DNA from: Scyliorhinus canicula
Taxonomy: Eukaryota
Assembly (NCBI RefSeq): GCF_902713615.1
Contig: NC_052157.1
Location: 37,009,203 to 37,073,202 of the forward strand
Direction: 5' to 3'
Length of the DNA: 64,000 bases
The position numbers were made by a program, and so were the translations under genes. The notes beneath the pieces are model-generated. The model saw only the letters and a list, made by a program, of their open reading frames with translations. It was not told the DNA's origin and did no database searches. Positions 25,385-38,990 of this stretch are shown in pieces. Position 1 is the first letter of the stretch; each line of letters opens with the position of its first letter.

Positions 25385-28300
25385 CTATAAGTTTAGTCTT
25401 TGTGGCGGGCGACGAATTCTGGTTGATCGCCTCAAGGGTGGATCGGGGGCCGCCTGCACTTGGATAGGTGGGACTGCCGCCAATGCAATGGGTGCAGAGG
25501 TCGGCAGGATTGCTGGTAGATCGGTGGCCTCGTGGTAGGGCGCGTCCGGAGGAAGCATTGTGTGAGGTGGGACATCACGGTTGGGTGGCGGGTGTGGAAC
25601 TCTGCCCAGCGCACGTCTGTTGCGTCGTAGGAAGGAGCCATCAGCCATGCGGACGAGGAACGATCTCGGGGCCACTTGCTTGACCACCACAGCTGTGGCG
25701 GACCAGCCGCCGTCAGGCAACTGTACACAAACACAATCAGTTGGGACCAGCTCGGGGAGATCTGTGGCATGAGCGTTGTACGCTGATTTCTGTTAGGCCC
25801 GAGACTGCTGCATCTTTTGTATAACTGTGAGGTTGTCAAGGTCTGGAACATGGATGGCTGGGACCATGGTTCGCAGAGTGCGATTCATGAGCATCTGCGC
25901 TAGAGACAACCCAGTGGACAGCGGGGTTGCTCTGTATGCCAGCAGCGCCAGATTGAAGTCGGAGCTGAGTCTGCAGCCTTGCATAGTAATCTCTTGACGA
26001 TGTGGACCCCTGTTTTGGCCTTCCCGTTTGACTGCGGGTCGTGGGGGCTGGTGGTGACGTGACGAAAGTTGTATAGCCGGGCAAAGTCAGACCATTCCTG
26101 GCTGTAAAAACAAGGGCCGTTGTCCATCATCACTGTGAGCGGTATCCCATGCCTCGCAAATGTTTCTTTGCATGCTTTAATCACTGCCGTCGACATGAGG
26201 TCGGACAGTTTCATCACTTCCGGGTAATTGGAAAAGTAGTCGACCAGGAGAACATAGTCACGCCCCTTGGCGTGGAAAAGGTAGACACCGACTTTGGACC
26301 ATGGGGAGGTCACTATCTCATGTTGCTGCAGAGTTTCTTTAGGTTGAGCTGGCTGAAATTTCTGACATGTAGGGCAGTTGAGGACCATGTTGGCAACGTC
26401 CTGGCTGATGCCCGGCCATTAGACTACCTCCCGAGCTCTGCGTCGACATTTTTTGACCTCCAGGTGACCATCATGGATTTGGCCGAGCACCATAGCTCGC
26501 ATGCTCTGCAGAATCACGATTCTATTGAGCTTCATGAGGATGCCGTTCACCACCGTCAGGTCGTCCGTGACGTTGTAAAACTGGGAACACTGTCCCTTCT
26601 GCCAGCCATTCGTGAGGTGCTGCATAACATGCTGTAGCAGAGGATCCTTGGCCGTTTCCTCACGAATTTGAATGGTCCTCTCATCAGAGGCCGGAAGGTT
26701 GGAGGCACAGAATTGCACCTGGGCGTCGATATGGCATACAAAGTCAGTTTGCTCACACGGTGTGGTGATAGACCTGGAAAGGGCATCTACAACAATGAGT
26801 TCTTTGCCTGGCATGTAAACAAGTTCAAAGTCATAGCGGTGTAGCTTGAGAAGGATTCGTTGTAACTGGGGCGTCATAGCATTTAAATCCTTCTGGATTA
26901 TGTGGACTAATGGCCTGTGGTCCGTCACAACCGTGAGTTTTGCGTGACCATGCACATAGTCGTGGAACTTGTCGATTCCCGTCAGGAGGCCCAGGCATTC
27001 CTTCTCAATCTGAGCGTACTGTTGCTCAGTGGGTGTCATGGCCCTGGAGGCATACGCAGCTGGGGCCCAGGAGGAGGAGTCATCCCGTTGAAGGAGCACC
27101 GCCCCAATACCGTCCTGGCTCGCGTCAGTGGATATTGTGGTCTCCTTGGTAGGGTCGAAGAACGCCAGAACCGAGGTTGTGGTGAGTTGTGCCCTCAGCT
27201 CATGCCATTCTTTCTCATGAGCGGGCAGCCACTGGAATTCCGTCGACTTTCTGACGAGATGGCGGAGGGCTGTGGTGTGGGACGCCATGTTGGGAATGAA
27301 CTTCCCGAGGAAGTTGACCATCCCTAGAAAGTGAAGGACCGCCTTCTTGTCCTCTGGGGTATTCATGGCGTTGATCGCCGAACTCTTGTCAGAATCTGGC
27401 TGCACACCTTGGTGCAAGATGTGGTCACCAAGGAATTTGATTTCTGATTGACTGAACGAGCACTTGGCCCTGTTGAGTCGGAGGCCATGCTCGTAGATTC
27501 TGTGGAATACCTGCTTGAGGCGATCGATGTGTTCTTGAGGAGTTGTGGACCAGATTATGACATCGTCAACATACACGCGCACCCCCTCGATACCCTCCAT
27601 CATCTGTTCCATGATATGGTGAAATACCTCTGAGGCAGAGATGATGCCAAATGGAGCAGTAGCGACCGAACGGGGTATTGAATGTGCACAGCTTGCGACT
27701 GGATGCATCCAGCTGCATTTGCCAGAACCCCTTGGAGGCATCCAGCTTCGTAAAGAATTTGGCATGAGCCATTTCGCTGGTCAACTCTTCTCATTTTGGT
27801 ATCGGGTAATGTTCCCTCATGATGTTGCGGTTTAGGTCCTTGGGGTCGATGCAGATTCGAAGCTCCTCTGACGGCTTCTTGACGCAGACCATGGAGCTGA
27901 CCCAGTCCGTGGGTTCTTTGACCTTTGATATGATGCCCTGGTCCTGGAGGTCTTGCAACTGCTGCTTGAGGTGGTCCTTGAGGGGTCCCGGCACCCGACG
28001 TGGTGCGTGAACCACAGGGGTAGCGTTAGGTTTGAGCAGGATTTTGTATCGGTATGGGAGTGTGCCCATACCATCGAACACGCTGTGGTACTGCGTGGTG
28101 ATGTCATCAATTTCAGCCTGGAAGTTTTCATCAGATGAGGCCGTCGCCTGTGAGGATGACATGGTGTGGACTCGCTGAACCAGGTTCAGGAGTTTGCAGG
28201 CCCGAGCACCGATCAGGGATGCTCTGTCAGGTCCTACGGTCGCAAATCGCAGTGTCGCTTTAAATGACTTATTGCAAACTCCGAGTTGGCATGAGCCACT

Positions 28301-28618
28301 GGCAGCTATGGCATTGCCATTGTAGTCAAGGAGCTGGCAGGCCGGTGGAAGAATGCTTGGTTTGAAGCGGATGGTGTCGAGATCGGATTTCGAGATGAGG
28401 TTCGCCAATGCGCCGGTGTCCAGCTTGAACCGAATGCGAGCCATGTTGACTGTGAGGACAGCACACCACTCGTCGTCAGGATCCACGCTGAGGATCGGGA
28501 GGTGCTTCACTGTCTTGGAGAAAGCCAGCACATGCTTCGTAATGATGCCCACCCAGTATGGGAATTTGAGGCACTCAGCAACAGGATCTGCTGGGCTGTC
28601 GGGGTCGGAATCTGGCAT
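25385..28618 (-). pseudogene. Gypsy pol (protease, RT, RNase H, integrase), multiple frameshifts
   Basis: FKLDTGALAN (protease), LRICIDPKDLN, KLDASKGFWQ, YVDDVIIW (RT), TDASQDGIGAVL..IEKECLGL..TDHRPL (RNase H), H..H/CPTC zinc domain, VDYFSNY..DNGPCF..PQSNGKA (integrase). Confidence 0.95.
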
Positions 28619-28699
28619 GACCTGCTGTGTTGAAACGTACGCTTCTGCGCCGTGGCTGGGACCGCTGGATGCTGGGCAGTGAAGCAGATTTGCAAAGGG

Positions 28700-29569
28700 C
28701 TGTTAGTGGCCAAGCTTGCCACACTGTAGACACTGTCGTGATTTTGCGGGACACTGCCGCATTAAATGGGCGGAGCCACAATTCAGTCACGTCATGACGC
28801 CAACGTCAACGCGTTCTGTGCACCAACGTGCATGTGCAGTGCGGTCGAACGTCGTTTGCACCTGCACCGGCTGGTCATTGGTCTCTCCGTCCCCTCGGTC
28901 GTGGCGCGCATGCGCAGGAGCCCGGCAAAAGCCCGCAAAAGGCCACTCTCGTCGATACTTAGGCCCTGCATTTGGGGCGATAGTCTGCACCCGTTCTGCC
29001 TCGAGGGAGGTTAGATTTGCCCTTTCTGCCGTCCTGATGTGGGAGTACCGATTGTTAGCATGTTCGTGGAGAACGCACGTTTCGACGGTGATGGTGAGGG
29101 TGAGCTGCTTGACTTTCAGGAGCTGCTGCCGAAGGGAATTGGAGTGGACCCCGAAAATGATCTGATCCCGGATCATGGAATCAGTTGCCGAGTCATAGTT
29201 ACATGACTGCGCGAGGATGCGGAGATGGGTCAAAAAGGATTGAAAAGGTTCATCCTTACCCTGAAGCCTCTGCTGGAAAACGTACTGTTCAAAGCTCTCA
29301 TTCACCTCAATGTCGCAGTGGCTGTCGATCTTCAGCAGGACTGTTTTAAATTTTGTCTTGTCTTTGCTTTCAGCGAATGTAAGGGAGTTGTAGATGTGGA
29401 TGGCATGGGCCCCAGCTGTGGAGAGGAATAGTGCGATCTTCCTGGCGTCTGATGCGACCTCGAGGTCGGTGGCTTTGAGATAGAGTTGGAACTTTTGTTT
29501 GAAGATCTTCCAATTTGCACCGAGGTTGCCAGCGATGCGGAGCTGCGGAGGAGGGCGGACGTTTTTCAT
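28700..29569 (-). pseudogene. Gypsy gag, frameshifted
   Basis: MKNVRPPPQLRIAGNLGANWKIFKQKF..QGKDEPFQSFLTHLRILAQSCNY..MIRDQIIFG. Confidence 0.85.
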
Positions 29570-29640
29570 GTCACCGGATGGCTGTTTGCTGGTCAACGCT
29601 GATTCACTCAAGGTAGGTCCGTCAATTTTCAGCATCCATA

Positions 29641-29650
29641 CCTGGTACCA
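29641..29650 (-). other. Primer binding site, likely tRNA-Leu(UAA)
   Basis: TGGTACCAGG directly after the 5' LTR; complementary to the ..CCUGGUACCA 3' end of vertebrate tRNA-Leu(UAA), recalled rather than searched. Confidence 0.7.
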
Positions 29651-30225
29651 TGATGTATTGGGCAGGCTGGGTCGATGTGGACGGCACTTGATGCAGTGTA
29701 GCGAGAGACAGACCTCCAACACTTGATGAGATGCAACACGATTTTATTTAACATCTAAACTATTATACATGTTCAACTGTGGGTTGACACTATGCTGATT
29801 TCACTGGAGACCTGATACTATCCTGACCAGACTTACTAGCTACCACAATAGGGGCTCGTTTAGCACACTGGGCTAAATCGCTAGCTTTTAAAGCAGACCA
29901 AGGCAGGCCAGCAGCACGGTTCAATTCCCGTACCAGCCTCTTCAAACAGGTGCTGGAATGTGGCGACTAGGGGCTTTTCACAGTAACTTAATTTGAAGCC
30001 TACTCGTGACAATAAGAAATTTTCATTGCATGGTGTTCGCACTGGCTAGCTCACGAGCCCTGACTGTCTCAGAGGCTGGGCCCCGAGAGCGCGGGAAAAC
30101 TGGCTTTATAGTGGTCGTGTCCTGTCTGGTGATTGGCTGCTCTGTTCTGTGTGCTTACTGGTCATCCTGTGTGTCAATCACTGCCTGTCTGCACTCCATT
30201 ATATACATAGATGTATATTATGACA
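29651..30225 (-). repeat. 5' LTR containing a SINE insertion
   Basis: Matches 24760-25160 except for a ~180-bp insert. Confidence 0.95.
29851..30027 (+). mobile_element. Short tRNA-like SINE inserted in the 5' LTR
   Basis: GGGGCTCGTTTAGCAC..GGTTCAATTCCC..GGGGCTTTTCACAGTAAC; second copy at 36773. Confidence 0.88.
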
Positions 30226-31857
30226 GGGTGTGTTGTTGCGAATGACTATGGGCCCTTGGAATACATGGCCATGATCAAAGATCTCTGCCTCTTCAAGATT
30301 CATTGTCTGGCTAAAGTGTTCTGAAGCTTGAGCAAAGCAATCAACAAGCAACCGGGTGTCCTTGGGAATATGTACTTTGACAGTGCAGTCTACGAGAAGA
30401 TTTCACCCAGTCGATATTCAGTCACTTTTGTGCACATCTTGAGTCTTTGCAAGTTGAAGAATACACCATCTGTCCTGAATTGAATGTGTACTCCTGTGTC
30501 AAGATCTTTGAGTGTGTACTGGCACATGGTCAAGAAGTATTTGGCAAACTGAGCTGGAGCCAATAGATAGCCTTGTTTGATGTTGTTGGTGACAGGAAAG
30601 GCATCTGATGGTGTACCACTTTGATCACATTAACATCATGCCATAATGAAATGAGCCAATGGCACTGATCATCTTTTCAAGGCAGCCATATTTGTACAGA
30701 AACTTCCACAGGCTTTTCTGGCTTACTGTATCAAACACCTTGATCAGACCAGTGAACTCCGCAGATAGGTCCTTATTCTGTTCAAGGGACTTTTCCTGAA
30801 TTTGGCATGCTTCACAGATCTTGTCCATTGTTCTCCATCCTGCACAGAAGCCACATCAGGATTCTGTGTACACAGAGTCCGTCAGGTGAGTGACAATCCG
30901 ATTAAGAATAAGCCTTGCAAGATTTTTTCCTGCTGTGGGAAGAAGTGAATTCCATGGCAATTGCTTGCTCCCTTTCCTTTTATAGAGATGAGTTGAGGGG
31001 GCATCCTTGTAGTCTTGGAGCAGAGCGCCCTGTTTGCAAAAGAGACTGGAGAGTTTCCTAACTTTATGATTCCCTCCAAGCTTGAACACTTCGGATGGGA
31101 TGTCATCAGCTCCCAGCAACCAGTCCACAGAAAGCTGCTTTATGACGTTCAAAAGCAAGCTCTTCCAGAGTATTTCACTGTGGAAGTGACTCAGTATGAT
31201 TGTATACTGTGAGTTGCTGGTTTAGGAGATTACTGAAGCACTTCATGATGAGAAAGATTCCCATGCCTATTTGTTATGAGCTTTTTGCCATTTGCTGTGA
31301 GGAAGGGTGGCACACCGTTGGTTTTGGAGCCATAGACTGATTGTAGACCTTCAAGCCTGCAGGTTGCTTTTATCAGCAGCTGCTTGAAGCTCTTCAGTTG
31401 TGTTTCATAGATATCTTTAGAATGGTTCCAAGGAAATTAATCCCCAGAAAGCTGTGTGAGGGAAGGAAGTGGAAATAGAGGTGTGATTTCACCGAGAAGA
31501 GGGTGTGTCACATTGCTAGAAGCACAGATGTGTCAAAGCCAGTATTGCAGCAAAGTTTTAAAAATTGCTTGCTACTTGATAAATGTGATTTTGTTTGAAC
31601 ACAAGTAATTTTCCACTCAGTCAAGGCAGTCTTCAAAAGGGATAGAACAGATTGATGTGAACAGGAATCTGGGGAAGATCCAAGGATCAAAATATCAGGA
31701 GGAATTAGAATGGTTATGGAGGGAAAATGATATAACTCCTAAGACCCTTGGCAAATAATTCATTCACACTTCAGCAGTCCTTCGACAACACCTTGTACAC
31801 CTGCGATCTCAACCAGCTAGACAGCAGCTTCATGGGAACACAGCAGACTGCAAACAT

Positions 31858-32163
31858 GGGCAGCGCAGTAGCACAGTGGTTAGCCCTGTTGCTTTCCAGG
31901 ATCGATTCCCGGCTTATGTCACTGTCTGTGCAGAATCTGCACGTTCTCCCCCTGTCTGCGTGGGTTTCCTTCGGGTGATTTGGTTTCCTCCCACAAGTCC
32001 CGAAAGACGTGCTTGTTGGGTGAATTGGACATTCTGAATTCTCGCTCGGTGTACCCGAACAGGCGCCAGAATGTGGTGACTAGGGGCTTTTCACAGTAAC
32101 TTCATTGCAGTGTTCATGTAAGCCTCCTTGTGACAATAAAATTTATTTAAAAGATTATTATTA
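31858..32163 (+). mobile_element. tRNA-derived SINE, third tail variant ((ATT)n end), inserted in an L2 fragment
   Basis: HE1-like head joined to GGGGCTTTTCACAGTAACTTCATTGCAGTG..GATTATTATT tail; L2-like tail resumes 32165-32375. Confidence 0.85.
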
Positions 32164-32394
32164 AAAGTTCCCCTCAACTTGGAAATATATTGCTGTTCCT
32201 CCAGTGTGGCCGGGACAAAATCACGAACTTGCTCCATAACAGCACTGTGGGTGTACCTACACCCATATGGACTGCAGTGGTTCAAGAAGGCGGCTCATCA
32301 CTACGTTCTCAAGGGTAATTAGGGACAGGCAATAGATGCTAGTCTAGCCAACGACGCCCATATTGCATGAAGAATTAAGACAAAATATGCACAT

Positions 32395-32547
32395 GCATTC
32401 ACTGATACACACGAAGTCACTGACACACATGCACTCACTGACATACACTCACTGACACACATGCAGTCACTGTCACACACTCACTGACACAAATGCACTC
32501 ACTGACACACACGCACCCACTGACACAATCTGTCACTGACACACACA
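32395..32547 (+). repeat. Degenerate CACTGACACACA minisatellite
   Basis: About 9 CACTGA(C/T)A units separated by CA runs. Confidence 0.85.
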
Positions 32548-33303
32548 ATATCAGACTGCTGGGGAGTCTTATGCTGATCTAAACACTTTCAAAAGTTGCA
32601 GGTCTACCTCCACTGCTGAACATCTTGACTCCCACATTTGGTAAACCTTGGCATTCCAATGCAATGTTAAGAGATAAATAGATTGAATTCAAACCTTTGA
32701 GCTTGTCCCATTGGTTAAGCCTGCCATTATACTACCACTATTGTGTCAGTGCAAAGTGGTTTCTGATGCACCTCAATGTAAAAGGTTTGCGATCGGATTC
32801 TTGAACACACAAAAAAAAATCTTATCTAAAACCGGTAGCTGCTGCACAATAGCAGACTAAGGTTAATGTTCCGGGTCTGCTGCTGTTCAGAGTTGTTAAT
32901 CCTTTGTGCCTTGGCATCAAATCCATATGTCTTGACTCTACTTAGTTGGGAACTGTCCATTTATTTTTTGATAATTGTTATAGTTAAGCTGGGACTTTTC
33001 ACACTCAGTGGTGTTAAATCAATCAGCAATATTTATGTCTTGTCTCATCCTATTTTGCTCACAATCACACAATCATGTCCCAGTCTAAAATTTTCTTTAA
33101 TTTATTCTGCACAAAAAACATCTTCGTAGCAATTTTTCTGACTTCATTCAGAGTCTTCACACTTAGATCGTGTTGGTTCCCCAATTACTCTTTAGTATTC
33201 CAAGAAGGACAAACATCATTTCAAAAATATATCTTCAGAGCCTTCACCTTCATGGCTTTTGACACAGTAATATTCCTCTGTGGTTATTTACAGCCCATCG
33301 AAT

Positions 33304-34010
33304 GGGCGGGATTCTCTCAGCCCGGGGCCGGGCCAGAGAGTCCCCGACACCGGCACGAATCACGCCACGCCGCCCCAACGTCGGGACGCGATTCTCTGCA
33401 GAGAGGAGAATCGGCGCCATTGACGCCAGCGTGGTTGGCGCGGCGCCGGTCGGGGGCTGCTCTACTGCCCCCCCCCACCCGGCGATTTTCCTCCTGGGAT
33501 GGGCCGAGCAGCCGTCGTAAAAAACCCATTTCCGCCTGCGCCGTTCACACACCTGCTCGCAGCCGGCAGGAACTCGGTGTGGAAGGGTCGGGGGGAAGTG
33601 GCCTGTGGGGGGGAGGGAAGGGGGGAGGTCCGACCCCAGGGGGGCCTCCGATGTGGCCTGGCCTGCGATCAGGGCCCACCGATCGGCAGGCCGGCCTCAC
33701 TGGCTGGGGGCTTCCTTTCTTCCGTGCCGGCCCCTGTAGCCCTGCGCCATGTTGCGTCGGGGCCAGCGTGTTGAAGAGAGCCGTTGTGCATACGCGCATT
33801 GGCGCTGGTGCCTCTGCACATGCGCGGACCCCGCGGCGCTCAGTTCACGCCAGGATCAGCAGCTGGAGCTGCGTGGTCCACTCCAATGTGGTGCTGGCCC
33901 CCTGTAGGGGCCGGGATTGCTGATCATGAGGCCGTGTTGACGCCGTCGAGAAATGGGACGGCGTTTCCGACGGCGTCAACACTTAGCTTCAGGATCACAG
34001 ACTCCTGCCC
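33304..34010. mobile_element. Harbinger-type MITE
   Basis: Ends GGGCGGGATTCTCT / ACAGACTCCTGCCC, TSD AAT. Confidence 0.85.
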
Positions 34011-34659
34011 AATGTATTGTCATGAATGTAGTGCCATTACATGGACCAGAACTTTGCAATCTCAATAATGTTTCATTGGATCTTGACAAGTCTTGTTTTT
34101 CGGGGTGTCAAGAGCAAGAGCTTCCAATTGCCAGTGTCTCTCCTTAGCCATGCAGAAATATGCATGGGGGTGAATCCTGGCACAGGCCGCCCTTTTGAGT
34201 GGGTGGCCCAATTCTGAAATCTGGTGGTGGGCCCCCCTCACCCCACAATGTTAATCCTGCCCCCCTTGCTGACAGGGACGATGATCATCCCCCCACCACG
34301 GGAATAATGGGTCACACCTCCCCCACAGCACACATGCATGAAGGTGACCCAACGCCCCCTCCCCCAACTGACACCCACAGTCCCCCATCAAACCATCCAT
34401 CAGAACCCCCATCAGTCAATCCCATTAGATATCACCATCATAGACGCCTGCCTGAAAGCTGAAGAGCAGTCCAGGCAGCACAGTGAAAAATCCCTGCATT
34501 TTCGCTTACCCTTCCCTAATATCTGCTGCCTCAGACAAAGGTATTGAAAGCAGCAGCTGTTATAAGTGCCAGAGGCTTCCTTGAAAGCTAAGTACACTTC
34601 AAATCCCCTGACAGCCGTTGAAATGCAAAACTTCCATTCAATTTCACACAACAGTGATT

Positions 34660-34966
34660 GAACATAGAACATTCAGTGCAGAAGGAGGCCATTCCACCAA
34701 TCAAGTCTGCACCGACCCACTTAAGCCCTCACTTCCACCCTATCCCCGTAACCCAATAACCCCTCCTAACCTTTCTGGACACTAAGGGCAATTTAGCATG
34801 GCCAATCCACCTAACCTGCATGCCTTTGGACTGTGGGAGGAAACCGGAGCACCCGGAGGAAACCCACGCAGAACGTGCGGACTCCGCACAGATAGTGACC
34901 CAGCGGGGAATCGAACCTGGGACCCTGGCGCTGTGAAGCTACAGTGCCATCCACTTGTGCCACCGT
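34660..34966 (-). mobile_element. tRNA-derived SINE, long form
   Basis: Close reverse complement of 3088-3409. Confidence 0.92.
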
Positions 34967-35631
34967 GATTGGCAGTTGTATTACTCCAGATAAAGATGCT
35001 TGGTGGATTGTATATCTATCTCGCCCTTCACCCTTGAATGCATCTCCATTACCCTGTTTCAATTCTATCCACAATATTTCTAAACACTGTTGCTTTGATT
35101 GACAGCTCTTCACAACATCAAAAGTAGCTATGTGGTTTCACTTTGCCTTATTCACAGCAGAAAGCACTTAGCTTCCCAGATTTGAAACCATGTTGATTTA
35201 AGATTGATTACCATTATACACATGATATGTTCCAGCATTGTTTCCTTTAACTTGGACTCCATTATACTTTTCATGACAAAGGTTAGCCTGTAGACCCCTC
35301 CCCCATCTACTCAGTGGTAGGGACTGAGTCAAAACTCTGGAAGCCCCTCCCTCACAGTAGTACCTACACCTCTACCACATGGACTGCAGCGGTTCCAGAA
35401 GGCAGTGCGCCATCCAACTTCCCAAGGGCAATTAGGGACAGGCAATCATAGAATTTACAGTGCAAGAAATGTAATCCCGGCCAGCGACGTCCACATTCTA
35501 CGAAGAAATAAAAACAAGTACCAGTCCTACGGGCAGTTAAATTGGGATTCAGGGGCATAGAATAAATGTGATACAATTGGACAAGTAATTTAAACCTATT
35601 CCCAACTATATTTAGCCAACTTATTATAAAT

Positions 35632-36770
35632 AAAGATTTGCATTCATATTGGCATCATCCTGACCTCAAGATGTCCCAAAACACTTTAGAGCAACTGAAG
35701 TTCTTTCAAAGCATAGTCACTGTTATATTGTTGGAAACGCAGCAGCATTATGTAACGACACCCTTGGCAAGGTAGCAGTCAATTCCAGGCCCCTTGACCC
35801 AAAGTCGCAACAAAATTAAGTTAACAATTAATTCTTTCAAAAAATATTCCAAATCTTTGGCCCTTGGCTGCTCAGTAATTACAGTCACCAGGCTAATTCC
35901 TAACCCCCCCCCCCCCCCCCCACCCCCCACTTGAACACAACCCACCATCTACGCACAGACAAAAGACAAACAAACACAGAGGGGAGAGAGGGGTACAAAT
36001 AATAAGGATGAAAGTAAAAAGATAAGAGTCTTTGTTTCAGATGGCTGTTTCTAGCATCTTTCCTTCAAGACTTTCAGTCCAAGGTTTTCTGTTTCCAGTC
36101 TGTAATGATTTTCGCCGTAGATTCATTCCGGTCTCTGCAGTTTCAGAAGTACAGTAGCTTTTTTGGAGTAAGCACGAGGGGAAGAGAGAAGGTTCTTCCC
36201 CTGAGTTCTAGGGACCCAACTCTGCTTTCCTTGGTACTCTGGAAATCATCCCACTCAGGCACCACCTGTTACAGCACAGAATATGGCCTCTTGGCCAACT
36301 CATTGGCTACCAGCCAACCAATCAAACCGAGTCCTACCCCATCACTCGGGTGCCACAAAGTCTGAGTTTCATTGTCCAAAGTTAGCAGAGCGTAGTAACT
36401 TTTTGAATTCCTCTTTCTCTCTGCTGCTTGACTTAAAAATAGATGTCCAGTAAGCATCAAAAATGATAATGGCAAAAATAACTATAGGGAGAATAATGGG
36501 ATTGTCAGAAGGACCTTTACAAATACTACAAACCCCCACAAATAGCAATGTGATTACAATCAGACAACCTGTTCAAGTGACGTTGAGTGAGGAATAGTTA
36601 TTGGGGAACTGGGTGAAACTCTGCTTTTGGATCTTTTATATCCACATGAGAAGGCAAATGGGGTATTGATTTAAGTTCATCTCTAGTACCTTTTCGTCAG
36701 TACTGCACTGGTGTATAAACCTAGATTTCTGTGCTCAAGTCTCTGGAGTAGGACTTGAACTAACAACCTC
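35632..36770 (-). mobile_element. DeuSINE-like relic interrupted by a solo LTR
   Basis: TTGCATTCATAT..GATGTCCCAAAACACTTTA..GCAGCA | CCCACAAATAGCAATGTGAT..GGATCTTTTATATCCAC..CAGTACTGCACTGG. Confidence 0.6.
35751..36521. mobile_element. Probable solo LTR of another family
   Basis: TGTAAC..TTTACA termini, flanks ATTA/AATA, splits the DeuSINE. Confidence 0.55.
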
Positions 36771-36772
36771 CA

Positions 36773-36957
36773 GGGGCTGGTTTAGCACAGGGCTAAAGAG
36801 CTGGCTTTTAAAGCAGACCAAGGCAGGCCAGCAGCACGGTTCAATTCCCGTACCAGCCTCCCTGAACAGGCGTCGGAATGTGGCGACTCGAGGCTTTTCA
36901 CAGTAACTTCATTTGAAGCCTTGTGACAATCAGCAATTTTCATTTCATTTTCATTTT
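36773..36957 (+). mobile_element. Short tRNA-like SINE
   Basis: Homologous to 29851-30027, (TTTCA)n tail. Confidence 0.88.
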
Positions 36958-38239
36958 TCTTTTTTTTTTCCTGGTTCAAAGATGAAAATGCTCCCATGTA
37001 GCCACAACAAAGCAAGTGTGAATATCATCCAGATTTAATGGTCAGTGGTGAACATATGTAATTTGCCATTTGTTACACTTACAGCTACCCAGAACATTTT
37101 CTGGGGATTTTTGCATGGCTGCTTACAATCAGCGGGAATTTGAAGCAACCCACAGGATACCCGGGACCTTTTTTAACAGGGCAAGTAACAGTGTGTTTCA
37201 TTAACCACTCAGATTGAGGAACTCTTTCTGAGCCATGCAGAGTCTAAACCAGGAAGTGCTAGTTAGAATATTTATTTTGATGTTAATTTATGCACAGATA
37301 GTTAAATAAAGAGAGGGGCATTAAGTGGGTAAAGGAGAGAAAAGGGACAAAAAGAAAAGGAAGTTTAAAAACTATCTTATTTGTTTGTTATTTAAATTCT
37401 CTAACTGTAATTAAAATCTGAAGGAAGGAGACTTTTAAAGTTTATTTTCAGTGCCAGAGAGGCTGTGTGGCAGTATTTCAAAATGATCATGCTGGTAATA
37501 ATTCACCTGCATTTGAATGGACAAATTCCAATTGTTTCTGCTGTGTTTTGTGTATATCTATTGGGTAAGTATCCTTTAGGTATCTAAATGCCCAATCTCC
37601 TTGCAGGTACTGGTATAGAGCAGCTTCTGGAATAGCAGCACAATTTGGACAGAAACACCCTGATTTCAGTGTTTAACTGTGCAGGTTCCAGAAGTTGCAG
37701 TCCAATTTATGCCTTATAACAGTTGGTGTTGATAGCTTCACAAATATTCCAATTGTGAAATCTCTTTCTATGTGTAACGTTTGAAGGTATTCAGAGCGAG
37801 TCTCTTTTACCAAATTCTCCGGCCTAGGAAATGGTCCTCACCATGTAAAGGTGCAGCTGTCACTTCCTTAGATTGTTGCAATAGTACACAGTTTATTTTA
37901 CTCTAAATTAATGGACCTTGTTGTCCCATTGTTCAGGAATTTGTGGTAAAATCAATAATCCATTTTTGCTGTTCTACAGGAACTTCCTGCAGACTGTGGA
38001 CTCCAACCGCTGCAATATATTGCAGCTTATCTTTCCTTGATTATAGTTTCCAAAGATTGTGTTCCCTTATTAAAATGAAATAATGAAACAAATTTCAATT
38101 CTTCTGAAGCATTTTCAAACTGGCATTGCTGGTAATAGCCACAACACTGGATTCTTAACCTGTACGCTGGAGGCTGGGTCTGTGTGCTCTTTGATGTCCA
38201 CATTTGAGTTGCTTCTGGAGGGATAAGGTTGTTTACATT

Positions 38240-38990
38240 GGCCTCATCTGGAGTACTGTGTTCACATCTAGATGCCAAACCTGAGGAAGAATGTAACAGA
38301 GAGAGTGTAGAGGGGATTCACAAGAATGATTCAAATATAAACAGCTGTAGCTATGAGGAGAGATTGGAGAGATTAGTTCTGTTTTCCTTGGAGAGAAGAA
38401 GGCTGAGAGGAGACTTGATAGAGTCTAAGGTCCTGAGGGGGATGAACAGGGTAAATATTGAGAAATGGTTCCCTCTCAGGTATATATCAAGAAGTAATAA
38501 TATTAATAATCATTATTAGGAAAACAAATAGGCTTACATTAACACTGCAATGAAGTTACTGTGAACATCCCCTAGTTGCCACACTCCGGCACCGGTTCGG
38601 GTACACAGAGGAAGAATTCACAATGTCCAATTCACCTAACAGCACATCTTTCGGGACTTGTGGGAGGATGTCAGAGCACCTGGAGGAAACCCACGCAGAT
38701 ACAGTGAGAACGTGTAGTCTCCGCACAGACAGTGACCCAAGCTGGGAATCGAACTTGGGACCCTGGCACTGTGAAGCAACAGTGCGAACCACTGTGCTAC
38801 TGTGCCACCCATACTACACTTACAGGTTCAAAATAGTGTGACGTGAGGAAATGATTTTTCACCGAGAGGGACTGGAATGAACATCTTGCGAGGGTGGTGG
38901 AAGCAGGTTCAATCGAGGTATTCAAAAGGGGATTGGATTGTTACCTGAAAATAATGTGCAAAGTTACGCAGGATTAGGTGCTCTTTCAGA
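38240..38990 (+). mobile_element. CR1 3' fragment interrupted by a SINE
   Basis: PHLEYCV.., SYEERLERLVLFSLERRRLRGDLIE. Confidence 0.8.
38525..38810 (-). mobile_element. tRNA-derived SINE, third tail variant
   Basis: Reverse complement of the 31858 type. Confidence 0.88.

Larger units (their letters stand above)
24760..30225 (-). mobile_element. Full-length Gypsy/Ty3 LTR retrotransposon, inactivated
   Basis: Two TG..CA LTRs, perfect 5-bp TSD GGGTG, PBS, PPT, and gag-PR-RT-RH-INT order. Confidence 0.97.
24295..31400 (-). mobile_element. RTE-clade LINE remnant split by the Gypsy insertion
   Basis: Fragments GADDIPSEVFK..HLYKRKG..SLLPTAGKNLARLILNRI, LIKVFDTVSQKSLWKFLYKYGC..SFHYGM (30625-31158) and GRPKLRYK (~24310) lie on both sides of the LTR element. 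Confidence 0.8.
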
